Shown here: positions 62,911-64,000 of the stretch, piece by piece
How positions within the stretch are numbered: position 1 is the first letter of the stretch
How the letters are laid out: each line of letters starts with the position of its first letter
Source: Moniliella sp. 'wahieum'
Lineage: Eukaryota
Reading direction: 5' to 3'
NCBI GenBank assembly: GCA_003971905.1
Contig: RSEE01000065.1
Coordinates: 1-64,000 of the forward strand
DNA: 64,000 bases
Notes under the pieces: generated by a model
The model's database searches: none
What the model saw: the letters and a program-made list of their open reading frames with translations, nothing else
What the model was told of the DNA's origin: nothing
Translations under genes and position numbers: made by a program

Positions 62911-64000
62911 TTACGCCCACACAGCTTGGCGCGGGCGCATGTAGTTGGAGGAACGGTGGTGCGGCATGCGCTTCTTCAGTTGAGCTTCGATGTGCGCCTC
63001 GGTGCGTGCCTGAACGGCAGCGTTGCGTTCGGCCCGAGTGGAGCGACGGCGGCGGTCCGAGCCCGAGCCCGAGCCCGAGGTGGCAGAGGAAGAGTGCTTC
63101 GGCTTGCGGTGGCATTGCCCGCCCTTCTTGGAGGAAGTGGGGGCAGGCTTAACCAGCGAGCTGGACGAGGAGGCACTGGCGCTGACCGACGGGCGCGGCT
63201 TGCGGTGCGACGAAGAGGAAGAAGTGGGAGAAGCTTGGGCACCACTCTTGCTCTTGCTCTTGGACTTGGTGGACGCCGTAGCAGAGGTAGCCGACGAGCT
63301 CTTGCTCTTGGACGCACTCTTGGAGCTGGAGCTGGAACCGGAACCGGAACCGGCGGCCGACGAGCCAGCCGATCCCGAGCCCGAGCTCGGCGAGCTCGAG
63401 CCCGCGCTGGAACCCGCGCTGGAACCCGAGCCCGAGCCAGCAAACAGGGCAAAGTTCTTGTAGTACGTCTGAACGGCATTGGGGGTTGCCCACTCAGAGC
63501 CCGAGCCACCAAAGAAGGTGGTGAACATGATCTTGTCGACCCAGTTGTCCGACGAAGCACGGGGAGCGAGCGCGTGGCTCTCCCCCGCGTCCAGGGAGCG
63601 GCGCGACTGGCTCGAGCTGCCCGAACGGAAAACAATGTTGTTCAAGTGAATGCTGGGCTGGGCTTCGCCATTGAAAAAGAGCTCGACCAAGCCGTCGGCC
63701 TTGCCTTCCGAGTTGAGCTTGACGTGCAACGCCAGATCGTTCCATTTGCCCTTTTGGAACGAAAACGCACCGCGGCCGATCGAAGTGCCGTAGTCCGAGT
63801 TGCAGATCAACTTGGAGCCCTTGGCAGTCGACGAGGCGGCCGGACACAGGTGGTAGTCCGTGCCAGACAGGGTGGTGGGGATGTAAGCGTACACTTCCGC
63901 CTGGCCATCTTTACGCCACATGATACGCGTGGACCAGCACGTGGACCCCACCCCGCCCTCGGAGCCGCCTTCGCACCCCGACGTGTCGGCGTCGAGCGTG
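62911..64000 (-). CDS. Polysaccharide lyase family 14 protein (5' end outside the window) with a Ser/Gly/Lys-rich tail
   Basis: CWSTRIMWRKDGQAEVYAY, CNSDYGTSIGRGAFSF..GKW, ADG, IMFTTFFGGS..WATP. Confidence 0.88.
   Translation of the reverse strand, partial: TLDADTSGCEGGSEGGVGSTCWSTRIMWRKDGQAEVYAYIPTTLSGTDYHLCPAASSTAKGSKLICNSDYGTSIGRGAFSFQKGKWNDLALHVKLNSEGKADGLVELFFNGEAQPSIHLNNIVFRSGSSSQSRRSLDAGESHALAPRASSDNWVDKIMFTTFFGGSGSEWATPNAVQTYYKNFALFAGSGSGSSAGSSAGSSSPSSGSGSAGSSAAGSGSGSSSSSKSASKSKSSSATSATASTKSKSKSKSGAQASPTSSSSSHRKPRPSVSASASSSSSLVKPAPTSSKKGGQCHRKPKHSSSATSGSGSGSDRRRRSTRAERNAAVQARTEAHIEAQLKKRMPHHRSSNYMRPRQAVWA

Overview
Left end of a GC-rich fungal chromosome, most likely a yeast-like basidiomycete (inferred from protein sequences and short GT-AG introns with CTGAC/CTAAC branch points). 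It opens with (CCCTAA)n telomeric repeats and runs almost immediately into housekeeping genes: GUT2, an SREBP-type bHLH factor, SPT16, DID2, PRE3, mitochondrial uS13, an aldo-keto reductase, an FAD oxidoreductase, an H2B/H2A pair, MLS1, RHB1, PMP3, MCM21/CENP-O, an RPS5/RPS28 pair, TIM8, RPL13, SYM1, PAB1, VAC8, tRNA-Ala(AGC), RPC10, GAR1, BRR6/BRL1 and a PL14 lyase. Most CDSs carry single-base frameshifts that look like assembly errors, so gene boundaries are approximate. The standout is a tRNA-Arg(UCU) gene at 3862-4269 whose halves are separated by a 335-nt intron at the canonical 37/38 position. The splice geometry is intact, and the intron appears to fold into a multi-domain RNA with an 11-bp loop-loop pseudoknot and a possible P3-like element, suggesting an unrecognised ncRNA carried inside a tRNA intron. 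Intergenic DNA also shows a recurring TGA+palindromic-tetramer heptamer repeat family and telo-box (AACCCTA) motifs at growth-gene promoters. All RNA folds were done by eye.
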